From the NCBI GenBank assembly GCA_963667785.2, contig CAXXMU010000005.1, positions 64,001 through 128,000 on the forward strand: a stretch of 64,000 bases of DNA, given 5' to 3'. The DNA is from Alphaproteobacteria bacterium. Lineage in GTDB: Bacteria; Pseudomonadota; Alphaproteobacteria; UBA828. Of the stretch, positions 1 through 9,267 are shown piece by piece. Numbering within the stretch: position 1 is the stretch's first letter; each line of letters starts with the position of its first letter. The notes under the pieces were generated by a model. The model did no database searches. It worked only from the letters and a program-made list of their open reading frames with translations, and had not been told where the DNA came from. The translations under genes and the position numbers were made by a program.

Positions 1-388
1 CGTCGACCTGCCGGGCTACGGCTACGCCGCCGCCTCCAAGACCAGGATCAAGGCCTGGACCCGGCTCGCGGACACCTACCTGCGCGGCCGGCCGACGCTG
101 AGACGGGTCTGCCTTCTGCTCGATGCGCGTCGCGGCATCGGCGCGGCCGACGAGCCGGTGATGGCCGCCTTTGACCGGAGCGCCGTCTCCTTCCTCGCGG
201 TGCTGACCAAGTGCGACAAGCTCGCGCCGGAGGCGCTCGCCGCGCAGACCGCCGCGCTCGAGAAGGCGCTCGCCGCCCACGTCGCCGCCTACCCGACCCT
301 GATCGCCACCAGCGCGCGCACCGGCGCCGGCATCGAGGCGCTCAGGAGCCACCTCGCGGCGCTGGCCACGGCAGACAGAATGGGTTAG
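1..388 (+). CDS. engB: Ribosome biogenesis GTPase EngB/YihA (5'-truncated by window edge)
   Basis: Frame from nt 2 reads VDLPGYGYA (G3), later LLDARRG and LTKCDK (G4), TSA (G5); stop at 388; engB-argB synteny. Confidence 0.93.
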   Translation, partial: VDLPGYGYAAASKTRIKAWTRLADTYLRGRPTLRRVCLLLDARRGIGAADEPVMAAFDRSAVSFLAVLTKCDKLAPEALAAQTAALEKALAAHVAAYPTLIATSARTGAGIEALRSHLAALATADRMG

Positions 389-451
389 TGATCCGCGGCC
401 GGGCGGCGCGCAGAGGCCCGCCCGCCCCCCTCGCCACCCGTCGAGCACCCC

Positions 452-1354
452 GTGCAGCGCATCAGCGACACCAAACATTGGCTGCGCACCGCGGCCACGA
501 TCTCCGAGGCGCTGCCCTACATGCGGCGCTTCGCGGGCCGGAGCCTGGTGATCAAGTATGGCGGCCACGCCATGGGCGATGCGGCGCTCGCCCGCAGCTT
601 CGCGCGCGACGTGGTGCTGCTCAAGCAGATCGGCATCAGGCCGGTGGTGGTCCACGGCGGCGGCCCGCAGATCGGCCGGATGCTGGCCCGCCTCGGCATC
701 GAGAGCGACTTCGTCGACGGGCTGCGCGTCACCGACGCGGCCACCATCGAGGTCGTCGAGATGGTGCTGGCGGGCGCGATCAACAAGGAGATCGTGACCA
801 CCATCGGCGCGGAAGGCGGCATCGCGGTGGGCCTCAGCGGCAAGGACGGCAAGCTGATCGAGGCGGAGCCCCTGGCCCGGCGCACGCGCGATGCCGAGAC
901 CGGCGCCGAGCGCCTGGCCGAGCTCGGCTTCGTCGGCGAGCCCCGCCGCATCAATGCCGCACTGCTCGACCATCTGGGCGATTCCGACATCATCCCGGTG
1001 ATCGCGCCCATCGGCGTCGGCGCAGGCGGCGAGACCTACAATATCAATGCCGACACCGCCGCGGGCGCCATCGCGTCCGCACTCTCGGCCGCGAAGCTCC
1101 TGCTGCTGACCGACGTCCCCGGCGTGCTCGATGCAGACGGCACGCTCATCAGCCAGATGACGACCGCCGATGCCGGGCGGCTGCTCGCGAGCGAGGCCGT
1201 GAGCGGCGGCATGATCCCCAAGCTCGAGACCTGCCTCGCGGCGATCGAGCGCTCGACCGAGGCGGCCCACATCCTGGACGGCCGCCTGCCCCACGTGGTC
1301 CTGCTGGAGCTCTTCACCGAGCACGGCACCGGCACCATGATCGTGCCCGGCTAG
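452..1354 (+). CDS. argB: Acetylglutamate kinase
   Basis: [40 protein letters not shown] motifs. Confidence 0.96.
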   Translation: MQRISDTKHWLRTAATISEALPYMRRFAGRSLVIKYGGHAMGDAALARSFARDVVLLKQIGIRPVVVHGGGPQIGRMLARLGIESDFVDGLRVTDAATIEVVEMVLAGAINKEIVTTIGAEGGIAVGLSGKDGKLIEAEPLARRTRDAETGAERLAELGFVGEPRRINAALLDHLGDSDIIPVIAPIGVGAGGETYNINADTAAGAIASALSAAKLLLLTDVPGVLDADGTLISQMTTADAGRLLASEAVSGGMIPKLETCLAAIERSTEAAHILDGRLPHVVLLELFTEHGTGTMIVPG

Positions 1355-1582
1355 GCCCCAAGTGACACAGCCCCCCCTCGTTTTTTATGCGGAATATCCC
1401 GGGACAACCCGGCACAAAGCGGCACGAACCGGCATAATTTGGGGGGGCAAACGGCGGCGGTGCGGGGCTCGCCGCCGATCCTGCCTCCGCCTGCCGTCGC
1501 TCGCTGACTCGTCCGACCCATGACGCGAGCCTGACGCAGAGGCCACGGCCTGTGCACCGCACCATGGTCCGGGGTCGCGCGG

Positions 1583-1745
1583 GCCTGAGTCGCTCGCGCC
1601 TGCAAGGTCGCGAGCGCGGTATGTGAGTCCGCGCCTGAGTCGCTCGTGCCTGCAAGGTCACGAGCGCCGAAAGAAAGTTCGCGCCCGAAGGGTCGCGAGC
1701 GCGGTACATCAAAGTCGCGAGCGCGGACGAAGAGTTCGCGCCCGC
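1583..1745. repeat. Array of about 3 short hairpin-forming repeats plus partial copies
   Basis: 35-bp unit at 1583-1617 and 1633-1667, variant at ~1677-1704, fragments to ~1745. Confidence 0.75.
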
Positions 1746-1811
1746 CTTGACGCGGCCGGGGCGCTTGGCTATTCAGCGGAGCAGGATCGCCAACCGGGGG
1801 CTTCGCAACCC

Positions 1812-1970
1812 ATGCCCTGGGACCTTGGACTGCCGCTGCTGGTCGCGCTCGCGACGCTCATCCTCTCGATCGGGATATTCTGGTCGGCGAAGACGCTGCT
1901 CTTCGACGCGCGCCAGCGCGAAGGCACCGACGCGGGCCCCGGCGACGTGGACGCGGGCGCCCACGACTAG
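1812..1970 (+). CDS. Small single-pass membrane protein (52 aa), hypothetical
   Basis: MPWDLGLPLLVALATLILSIGIFWSAKTLLF hydrophobic helix followed by acidic tail; ATG at 1812. Confidence 0.5.
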   Translation: MPWDLGLPLLVALATLILSIGIFWSAKTLLFDARQREGTDAGPGDVDAGAHD

Positions 1971-1990
1971 CGCCTCGCCGCCGCGCGCGG

Positions 1991-2139
1991 CTAGATAGTT
2001 TCAGTTTCTTACGGAAGCGCTCCAGCTATTTTCGCTCACGGCAGCCGGCCTGCGGCCGGCGCCTCCGCGAGGGCGCCGCATAAGCGGCGGGCCGCAGTCG
2101 CGGCCTGTCGCGAGTCCGTCAGGGACGGACTCGCTCTAG
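1991..2139 (+). repeat. Palindromic MITE/REP-like element, family 1, copy 1
   Basis: CTAG...GCTCTAG ends; core TCGCTCACGGCAGCCGGC...GCGCCGCATAAGCGGCGGGCCGC shared with 19464-19641 and 52782-52931. Confidence 0.85.
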
Positions 2140-2984
2140 CTCACCGGCACGTTGTCGATGAGCCGCGTCTCGCCCAGCCACGCGGCGGCGAGCACCCGCG
2201 CCGGGCCGGAGACCCGGTCCACCGGCTCCAGCGTCTCGGCATCGCAGACCGCGAGATAGTCGATGCGGGTAAACCCCGCCGCCTCGAGCGTCGCGGTGCC
2301 GTCCGCGATCTGATCGGCCGCCGCGGCGCCGCCTGCGAGCGCCGCCGCCATCCCGCTCAGCACCTGGAAGAGCCGGGGCGCGATCCGCCGCTCGTCCGCC
2401 GAGAGATAGGCGTTGCGCGACGACAGCGCGAGCCCGTCGCCTGCGCGCACCGTGGGCACCGCCTCGATCCGGCAGGGGATGTCGAGGTCGGCGACCAGCC
2501 GGCGCACCACGATGAGCTGCTGGTAGTCCTTCTCGCCGAAGAGCGCGACGTCGGGCAGGCACTGCAGCAGCAGCTTGGTGACGACCGTGGCGACGCCGGC
2601 GAAGAAGTGGGGGCGCGCGGCGCCCTCCAGCCCGGCGCTGACGCCATCCACCGTCACCGTAGTCGCGAAGCCCGGCGGGTAGACCGCCTCGGTCGGCGGC
2701 ATGAAGACCGCGTCGACCTCGGCGGCGGCGAGCTTGGCGAGGTCGTCCGCCTCGTCGCGCGGGTAGAGCGCGAAGTCCTCGCCGGGCGCGAACTGGGTCG
2801 GGTTGACGAAGAGGCTGACCACGGTGCGCCCGCCGTGGGCGCGCGCGGCATGGACCAGCGCCAGGTGACCCTCGTGCAGCGCGCCCATGGTGGGCACGAG
2901 CGCGACCGGGAGCCCGCCCGCCCGCCAGATGGAGACGGCCTCGCGCAGGCCTGCGACGCTCGGGAGGACCACCGGCGCCGTCAC
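2136..2984 (-). CDS. panC: Pantoate--beta-alanine ligase
   Basis: VPTMGALHEGH, FVNPTQF, FGEKDYQQ, GLALSSRNAYL, RLIDN. Confidence 0.97.
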   Translation of the reverse strand: MTAPVVLPSVAGLREAVSIWRAGGLPVALVPTMGALHEGHLALVHAARAHGGRTVVSLFVNPTQFAPGEDFALYPRDEADDLAKLAAAEVDAVFMPPTEAVYPPGFATTVTVDGVSAGLEGAARPHFFAGVATVVTKLLLQCLPDVALFGEKDYQQLIVVRRLVADLDIPCRIEAVPTVRAGDGLALSSRNAYLSADERRIAPRLFQVLSGMAAALAGGAAAADQIADGTATLEAAGFTRIDYLAVCDAETLEPVDRVSGPARVLAAAWLGETRLIDNVPVS

Positions 2985-3022
2985 CGGCCGTAACCTTGGG
3001 CGGGAGCCGGCGCCGGCCCTCG

Positions 3023-3865
3023 TCAGGCCTTGGATTCCTTGCGCGGCGCCGCCGGGTTCGCCGTGTGCTCCGGTCCCGGGAAGCGGCGCGCGCGCACGTC
3101 GGCGGCGTAGTCCCGCGCGGCCTGCGCGAGCCCGTCGCCGAGCGCGGCGTAGCGCTTGACGAAGCGGGGCGTGAACGCGCCGGCAAGGCCGACGATGTCC
3201 TCGGTGACGAGGATCTGGCCGTCGCAGGCCGGCGAGGCGCCGATGCCGATGGTGGGCACCGCGAGCTCGTGGGTGAGCGTGCGCGAGAGCAACTCGACCG
3301 TGTTCTCGATGACGATGCCGAAGGCGCCGGCGGCCTCGACCGCGCGGGCGTCGGCGAGGATGCGGCGCGCGCTCTCCTCGGTCCTGCCCTGCACCCGGAA
3401 CCCGCCCGCGGCGTTGACCGACTGCGGCATCAGCCCGACATGGCCGAGCACGGGCACGCCGCGCGCCGTCAGGAAGCCGATCGTCTCGGCCATCTCCTGC
3501 CCGCCCTCGAGCTTGACCGCGGTCGAGCCGGTCTCCGCCATGACGCGGGCGGCCGTCTCGAAGGCCTGGGCGGGCGAGCCCTCGTAGGAGCCGAAGGGCA
3601 GATCGACGACGATGCAGGCCCGCCTGGTGGCGCGAACCACCGCGCGGCCGTGGCCGATCATCGTCTCCACCGTGACGCCGACCGTGGACTCCATGCCGTA
3701 GAGCACCATGCCGAGCGAATCGCCCACGAGAATGAGGTCGCAGGCCTCGTCGACGGCCCGCGCCACCGGCGCGGTGTAGGCGGTCAGGCAGACGATGGGC
3801 GCGCCTCCCTTGGCGCGGGCGATGTCCCGGACGGTCAGTCGCCGGACTGCGCTGTGGTCTGGCAT
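3023..3865 (-). CDS. panB: 3-methyl-2-oxobutanoate hydroxymethyltransferase
   Basis: [37 protein letters not shown]. Confidence 0.97.
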   Translation of the reverse strand: MPDHSAVRRLTVRDIARAKGGAPIVCLTAYTAPVARAVDEACDLILVGDSLGMVLYGMESTVGVTVETMIGHGRAVVRATRRACIVVDLPFGSYEGSPAQAFETAARVMAETGSTAVKLEGGQEMAETIGFLTARGVPVLGHVGLMPQSVNAAGGFRVQGRTEESARRILADARAVEAAGAFGIVIENTVELLSRTLTHELAVPTIGIGASPACDGQILVTEDIVGLAGAFTPRFVKRYAALGDGLAQAARDYAADVRARRFPGPEHTANPAAPRKESKA

Positions 3866-3923
3866 CTCACTGCCTCCCTGGCGAGGCCTGCGGGTCTCCC
3901 GCGGCCACCCCGGCGCGCTATGT

Positions 3924-3990
3924 TGCGCCGCAGCAATTACTCATTGTAACAGGCTCAACGCGTTTGTGAACGGATTGTTGCAGTGCAGCA
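3924..3990. promoter_or_regulatory. Two putative PhaR (AniA)-type boxes upstream of panBC
   Basis: TGCGCCGCAGCA (3924-3935) and TGCAGTGCAGCA (3979-3990) both fit TGCRNYGCASMA, in an AT-richer intergenic stretch. Confidence 0.55.
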
Positions 3991-4014
3991 TAACCCTGCC
4001 ACGGTCTCGATATC

Positions 4015-4332
4015 TCAATTGAGGCTGCGCACGGCGCGGTAGCGGCCGTTCTCGAAGCCGCCGAAGAGCTGCGCCAGCAGCCGGTGGCGAATGGGGCCGC
4101 CGTCGGCATCGGGCTCCAGATGGCGCTCCGCAACGTAGGTCGTGTGCGCCGCGTCGTGGACGAGGACGTGATACCAGGGCCGGTCCTTCGGCGGGCGCGA
4201 GCGCGCGACCTGCTCGTACCACTGCTCGCTGCCCTGGAAGCAGGGGTCGACGTCGAAGACCACCCCGCGGTAGCCGAAGCGGCGGTGGTGAACCACCTGG
4301 CCGACCTCGAACTCTGCGGCGCTGACGGTCAC
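4015..4332 (-). CDS. hspQ: Heat shock protein HspQ / YccV-like
   Basis: FEVGQVVHHRRFGYRGVVFDVDP, PWYHVLV, TYVAERHL. Confidence 0.9.
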   Translation of the reverse strand: MTVSAAEFEVGQVVHHRRFGYRGVVFDVDPCFQGSEQWYEQVARSRPPKDRPWYHVLVHDAAHTTYVAERHLEPDADGGPIRHRLLAQLFGGFENGRYRAVRSLN

Positions 4333-4380
4333 GGCAGGCCTCCTGCGCCCGTGGCGCCCCCCTGCGAGCGGGTGCCGGCA

Positions 4381-5445
4381 CTATAATGCGCGCCGGCCGC
4401 CGCGGACAATCGGGCCTGCCGCCGCCGGCGGCTCCGGGGAGGCCCCTTGCGCATCGCCCGCCCGCCGCCGCGCCCCGCCGCGGGCGAGCAGGTTCTTCCC
4501 CTCGGCGAGCTGCCAGGCAAGCAGGCCGGGCACGCCGATCACCAGCTCGCGCACCCGCTTCACCAGCGACAGCGCGAGCGCCACCTCCGGCCCGAGGCCC
4601 ACCATGCTGCCGAGCAGGACCATCACGCCCTCCTGCACGCCGAGCGCGCCGGGCACGAAGAAGGCGGCGGTGCGGGTCGCCAGGATGAGGCTCTCGATCA
4701 GCAGCGCATCGGCGATGCTGATCTCGTAGCCCATGAAGTAGAGCGCGGCGTAGACCTCGGCCGCGCCGAGGGTCCAGGCGGCGAGCTGGCCGGCCGCGTT
4801 CCCCGCCAGCAGCCAGCGGTGCCGGTAGAGATCGAGGACCGCCTCGTCGAGCGCCTGGGCGCCGCCGATGGCGTTGTCCCAGGCCCGCCCTCGGGCGAAG
4901 CGCGCCGCCAGGCCCATGATCCGGCCGAAGAGCCCGCGCTGCTGGAAGACGCAGAGCAGGATGACGACCACGAAGCCGCCCGCGACGCAGTAGCCGATGG
5001 CCCGCGCGATCTCGCTCTCGCCGTGGTGGGCCATCAGCAGGCCGATGCCGACCAGCGTGAAGAAGAGCAGGGTGATCGTGCTCAGCGTGAGATCGACCAC
5101 GACGCTCGCGCCCGCGACCCGGCCCGGCACGCCGCGCATGACCATGAGCCGCGAGCGCACCACCGCGCCGCCGACCTGGAACGCCGGCACCAGGGTGTTC
5201 ACCGATTCGCCGATCCAGCGCGCCCAGAGCGCCGTCAGCACCGACGGCCGGTGCTCCTTCAGGAAGAGCAGGCGCCAGACGTAGCCGTCGAGCATGATCG
5301 GCACGAGGCGCACCAGGACGACCACGGCGATGCCCCAGCTCACGGCGGCCACGGCAGCGGCCACGTCGCCGGCCCCCTGGAAGACCACGAGGCCGATGAC
5401 CAGCGCGATGCCGACGATGAGTGCGACGTAGCCCCAGCGCCTCAC
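4381..5445 (-). CDS. Lysylphosphatidylglycerol synthase TM-domain / HpnL-like membrane protein
   Basis: Multi-TM; WIGESVNTLVP, FFVPGALGVQEG, LSLVKRVREL; GTG start at 5445 chosen. Confidence 0.75.
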   Translation of the reverse strand: MRRWGYVALIVGIALVIGLVVFQGAGDVAAAVAAVSWGIAVVVLVRLVPIMLDGYVWRLLFLKEHRPSVLTALWARWIGESVNTLVPAFQVGGAVVRSRLMVMRGVPGRVAGASVVVDLTLSTITLLFFTLVGIGLLMAHHGESEIARAIGYCVAGGFVVVILLCVFQQRGLFGRIMGLAARFARGRAWDNAIGGAQALDEAVLDLYRHRWLLAGNAAGQLAAWTLGAAEVYAALYFMGYEISIADALLIESLILATRTAAFFVPGALGVQEGVMVLLGSMVGLGPEVALALSLVKRVRELVIGVPGLLAWQLAEGKNLLARGGARRRAGDAQGASPEPPAAAGPIVRGGRRAL

Positions 5446-5577
5446 CGGCAATCCCCTTCCCGCTCCTGCGCGCGAAAGACCCCCGGCGCCACCGGGGGGC
5501 GATCCATTATACCGGCCCGCCCGCCGAACGAGGCGACCCATTGTCAGGCTTGTCGGGCCGGCCGGGCGGCACCGGCG

Positions 5578-6801
5578 TCACGGGCCGAGCAGCTCGGCCG
5601 GCGGGCGCCGGAAGGTCATGCGCCCGCGCTTGAAGCCGTAGAGCGGCTGGGCGATGGCGGCCACCGCCTCCGCCGCGTCAGCCGCATCGAGAACCACGAG
5701 GTCGGCCGCCTTGCCTCGGGCGATGCCGTAATCGTCGAGGCCGAGGATGCGGGCGGAGCGGCGCGTGATCATCTCGAAGCAGTCGAGCATCTCCGAGCGC
5801 GCGCCCACGTGGCCGACATTGGCGTAGAGGTTCGCCATCCGCACCAGCGAGCAGTCGCCGAAGGGCGTGAACGGGTTGAGGATGTTGTTGGAGGACAGCG
5901 AGCAGTTGACGCCGTGGCCGAGCATCCGGTGCGCGGGCGTGACGCCGCGCCGCACGTTGGCCTCGTCGCCGCGCCCCATGAGGAAGAGGTCGGTCGCCGG
6001 CAGCACCGTGCAGGCGACGCCGGCATCCGCCATGCGGTCCGCGACCCGCGCCAGGTGCTCCGGGTCTGCGGCCGAGAGCTTGGTGACGTGGCCGACCGTG
6101 ACCCGCCCACCCCAGCCGAAACGCTCGGCGAGCCGGCAGACCTGATCGAGGTCGAGCGCATCCGCGCTCTCGCCGAAGTCGAGATGCATGTCGATATCGA
6201 CGTCGAAGCGCCGGGCGAGCGCGAAGACGCGGTCGATCTGTCCGGCGGGATCGCTGTCGGTGTAGGGGGCGGCGCCGACGACGCGGGCGCCGCGCTCCAG
6301 CGCGTCCACCATGAGCTCGTCGGTGCCCGGGTTGTTGAGCAGCCCTTCCTGCGGGAAGACGCAGATCTCCAGGTCGATCGCCCAGCGATAGGCGTCGATC
6401 AGCGGCAGCACGCCCTCGAAGCCGCGCATGCCGATGCCGGGATCGACCTCCAGATGGGTGCGCATGTGGGTGGTGCCCTGGGCGATGCAGGCATCGAGCA
6501 CGCGGCGTGCGCGCGCGTTCACGTCGGCGGCGGTGAACTCCCGCTTCACCCGTGCCACCTCGTCGATCGCCTCGGCGAGATCGCCGGTCTCCGCGCGGCA
6601 GCGGTCCAGGATGCAGGCCTTGTCGAGGTGGATGTGGGTCTCGATGAAGCCGGGCGCCACCAGGCGGCCATCGAGATCGAGCGCCGGCGCGTCCGCCTCG
6701 ATCTCCGGCGCGATCTCCGCGATGCGGCCGTCCGCGATGCCGATGTCGAGCCTGGTGCCGTCGCCGCCGGCGACGACCGCGCCGCGCAGGATCAGGTCCA
6801 C
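5578..6801 (-). CDS. Metal-dependent amidohydrolase, CodA/AtzC-like fold, substrate unknown
   Basis: PGFIETHIHLDKA, GTTHMRTH, FPQEG, HLDF, GHVTKL, SSNNILNPFTPFG. Confidence 0.85.
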   Translation of the reverse strand: MDLILRGAVVAGGDGTRLDIGIADGRIAEIAPEIEADAPALDLDGRLVAPGFIETHIHLDKACILDRCRAETGDLAEAIDEVARVKREFTAADVNARARRVLDACIAQGTTHMRTHLEVDPGIGMRGFEGVLPLIDAYRWAIDLEICVFPQEGLLNNPGTDELMVDALERGARVVGAAPYTDSDPAGQIDRVFALARRFDVDIDMHLDFGESADALDLDQVCRLAERFGWGGRVTVGHVTKLSAADPEHLARVADRMADAGVACTVLPATDLFLMGRGDEANVRRGVTPAHRMLGHGVNCSLSSNNILNPFTPFGDCSLVRMANLYANVGHVGARSEMLDCFEMITRRSARILGLDDYGIARGKAADLVVLDAADAAEAVAAIAQPLYGFKRGRMTFRRPPAELLGP

Positions 6802-6840
6802 CGTTCGGCTCTCTCCCGCGTGCCCCCGTGCCCGCGCGCC

Positions 6841-8553
6841 TCAGCGCAGCATGTAGCGCTGGGCGAGGGGCAGAGTCTCGGCCGGCTCGCAGGTCGCGAG
6901 CTCGCCGTCCACCGTCACCTCGAAGGTCTCGGGATCGACCGCCACCTCGGGGCAGGCGCCGTTGTGCAGCATGTGGCCCTTGGCGAGCTTGCGCGTGCCC
7001 TGCACCGGCGCGGTGCGGCTCTCCAGCCCGAGCCTGCCGGCGATGTCGGCGTCGGCGGCCGCCTGCGAGACGAAGCTCAGGCTCAGCGCCTCCTTGGCCC
7101 GGCCGAAGGCGCCCCACTGGGGGCGCATGAGCAGCGGCTCGCAGGTCATCAGCGAGGCGGCGCTGTCGCCCATCGCCGACCACACGATGAAGCCGCCCTT
7201 GATGACCAGCTCCGGCTTGATGCCGAAGAAGGCCGGACGCCAGAGCACCACGTCGGCGAGCTTGCCCGCCTCGAGGCTGCCGACGTGGCGGTCGATGCCG
7301 AAGGTGCGGGCGGCGTTGATGGTGTATTTCGCGATGTAGCGCTTGATGCGCTCGTTGTCGCCCTTCGCGCTCCGCTCCGAGGCGAGCCGGCCGCGCTGGC
7401 CGCGCATCTTCGACGCGAGCTGCCAGGTGCGGCAGATCACCTCGTTGATCCGCCCCATGCCCTGGCTGTCCGAGCCCAGCATCGAGATCGCGCCGATGTC
7501 GTGCAGCACGTCTTCCGCCGCGATGGTCTGCGCGCGGATCCTGCTCTCGGCGAAGGCCACGTCCTCCGGCACCGCCGGGTTCAGGTGGTGGCAGACCATG
7601 ATCATGTCGAGATGCTCGTCGAAGGTGTTGCGCGTGTAAGGGTTGGTGGGGTTGGTCGAGGACGGCAGGCAGTTGGGCTCGCCGGTGATGCGGATGATGT
7701 CGGGCGCATGCCCGCCGCCCGCCCCTTCGGCGTGGTACATGTGGATGGTGCGGCCCCTGATGGCGGCCAGCGTCTCCTCCAGGAAGCCGCTCTCGTTCAG
7801 CGTGTCGGTATGGAGCTGGACCTGGAAGTCCATCTCGTCGGCGACGCCGAGGCAGCAGTCGATCGCCGCCGGCATGGCGCCCCAGTCCTCGTGGATCTTG
7901 AGCCCCATGCAGCCGCCGGCGATCTGATCGACGAGCGAGTGGGGCCGGGCCGAGTTGCCGCGCCCGAGGAAGCCGAAGTTGATCGGCCAGGCCTCGGCCG
8001 CCTGCAGCATCTTGCCCACGTTCCAGGCGCCGCCGGAATCGATGCCGACGGTGATCGGCCCGAGCGAGCCGCCCAGCATCGTCGTGATGCCGCTCGAGAT
8101 CGCGTGCTCGCAGAGCTGGGCGCTGTCGAAATGGACGTGGACGTCGATGCCGCCCGGCGTCGCGATCAGCCCCTCCGCATCGCGCACCGTGGTCGCGGCC
8201 CCGCACAGCAGGTCGGGGTCCACGCCGTCCATGACCGCCGGGTTGCCGGCCTTGCCGACGCCGGCGATGAGGCCCTCCTTGATGCCGATGTCGCCCTTGA
8301 CGATGCCGAGCACCGGATCGATGACGACGGCGTTGGAGACCAGCATGTCGAGCGAGCCGCCGGCGCTGTCGAGCCCGGCGACGAGGCCGATGCCGTCGCG
8401 CAGCGTCTTGCCGCCGCCGTGCAGGCACTCCTCCCCCGGCACGCCGTGGTCGTGCTCGATCTCGGCCAAGAGCGCGCTGTCGCCGAGGCGCACGCAGTCG
8501 CCGGTCGTGGGCCCGTAGAGCGCCGCATACTCCGCCCTGCTCATCCGTGCCAT
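6841..8553 (-). CDS. ureC: Urease alpha subunit (divergent)
   Basis: [72 protein letters not shown]. Confidence 0.93.
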   Translation of the reverse strand: MARMSRAEYAALYGPTTGDCVRLGDSALLAEIEHDHGVPGEECLHGGGKTLRDGIGLVAGLDSAGGSLDMLVSNAVVIDPVLGIVKGDIGIKEGLIAGVGKAGNPAVMDGVDPDLLCGAATTVRDAEGLIATPGGIDVHVHFDSAQLCEHAISSGITTMLGGSLGPITVGIDSGGAWNVGKMLQAAEAWPINFGFLGRGNSARPHSLVDQIAGGCMGLKIHEDWGAMPAAIDCCLGVADEMDFQVQLHTDTLNESGFLEETLAAIRGRTIHMYHAEGAGGGHAPDIIRITGEPNCLPSSTNPTNPYTRNTFDEHLDMIMVCHHLNPAVPEDVAFAESRIRAQTIAAEDVLHDIGAISMLGSDSQGMGRINEVICRTWQLASKMRGQRGRLASERSAKGDNERIKRYIAKYTINAARTFGIDRHVGSLEAGKLADVVLWRPAFFGIKPELVIKGGFIVWSAMGDSAASLMTCEPLLMRPQWGAFGRAKEALSLSFVSQAAADADIAGRLGLESRTAPVQGTRKLAKGHMLHNGACPEVAVDPETFEVTVDGELATCEPAETLPLAQRYMLR

Positions 8554-8556
8554 CGC

Positions 8557-9252
8557 TCAGGCCCCCTTGAAGCCGCGCGACCGGGCGCGGGCCAGCGCTT
8601 CCTGCTTCACGGCGTCGGACCGCCGCGAGCCCTGGGTGAGGTCGTTGAGCCCCACCATCTCGCCGCTGCCGCCGAACTCGACCAGCGTCACCTCTTTCGT
8701 CTCCCCCGGCGCGAAGCGCACCGCCGTGCCGGCGGGGATGTCGAGGCGCATGCCGAAGGCGGCGGCGCGGTCGAAATCGAGGTGCCGGTTGACCTCGAAG
8801 AAGTGGTAGTGGCTGCCGATCTGCACCGGCCGGTCGCCGGTGTTGGTGACGGCGACCGTGGCGGTGGCCCGGCCGGCGTTGATCTCGATCTCGCCCTCGG
8901 CCGGGATGATCTCGCCGGGGCGCACGCTCTCGTCCCGCGCCTTCGCGCCGGGGCGGATCGGCTCATGCACCGTGACCAGCTTGGTGCCGTCGGGGAAGGT
9001 GCCCTCCACCTGCAGCACCGGCATCATCTCCGCCACCCCCGGCATCACGTCGTCGGTGTTGAGGACGGTGGCGCCGTGCTCGATCAGCTCCGCCACGGAG
9101 CGCCCGTCGCGCGCGCCTTCCAGGATCTCGTCGCTGATCAGCGCCACCGCCTCGGGGTGGTTGAGCGCGCACCCCCGTGCGCGGCGCCGGCGCGCGAGCT
9201 CGGCGGCGGTAAAGATGGTGAGCCGCTCCGTTTCCGTCGGTGTCAGCAGCAT
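8557..9252 (-). CDS. ureAB: Fused urease gamma/beta subunit
   Basis: Gamma part LNHPEAVA...[14 protein letters not shown] fused to beta part PGEII...[19 protein letters not shown]...[12 protein letters not shown]. Confidence 0.93.
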   Translation of the reverse strand: MLLTPTETERLTIFTAAELARRRRARGCALNHPEAVALISDEILEGARDGRSVAELIEHGATVLNTDDVMPGVAEMMPVLQVEGTFPDGTKLVTVHEPIRPGAKARDESVRPGEIIPAEGEIEINAGRATATVAVTNTGDRPVQIGSHYHFFEVNRHLDFDRAAAFGMRLDIPAGTAVRFAPGETKEVTLVEFGGSGEMVGLNDLTQGSRRSDAVKQEALARARSRGFKGA

Positions 9253-9267
9253 CGTGAGCCACCCTGG

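Noticed and set aside
1583-1745. Hairpin repeats as a CRISPR array
   Set aside because: Gaps of only about 10-15 nt, few and divergent units, no cas genes
1623-1811. N-terminal extension of the 115-aa ORF
   Set aside because: Translates the hairpin repeats into low-complexity Arg/Ser sequence; ATG 1812 gives a cleaner protein
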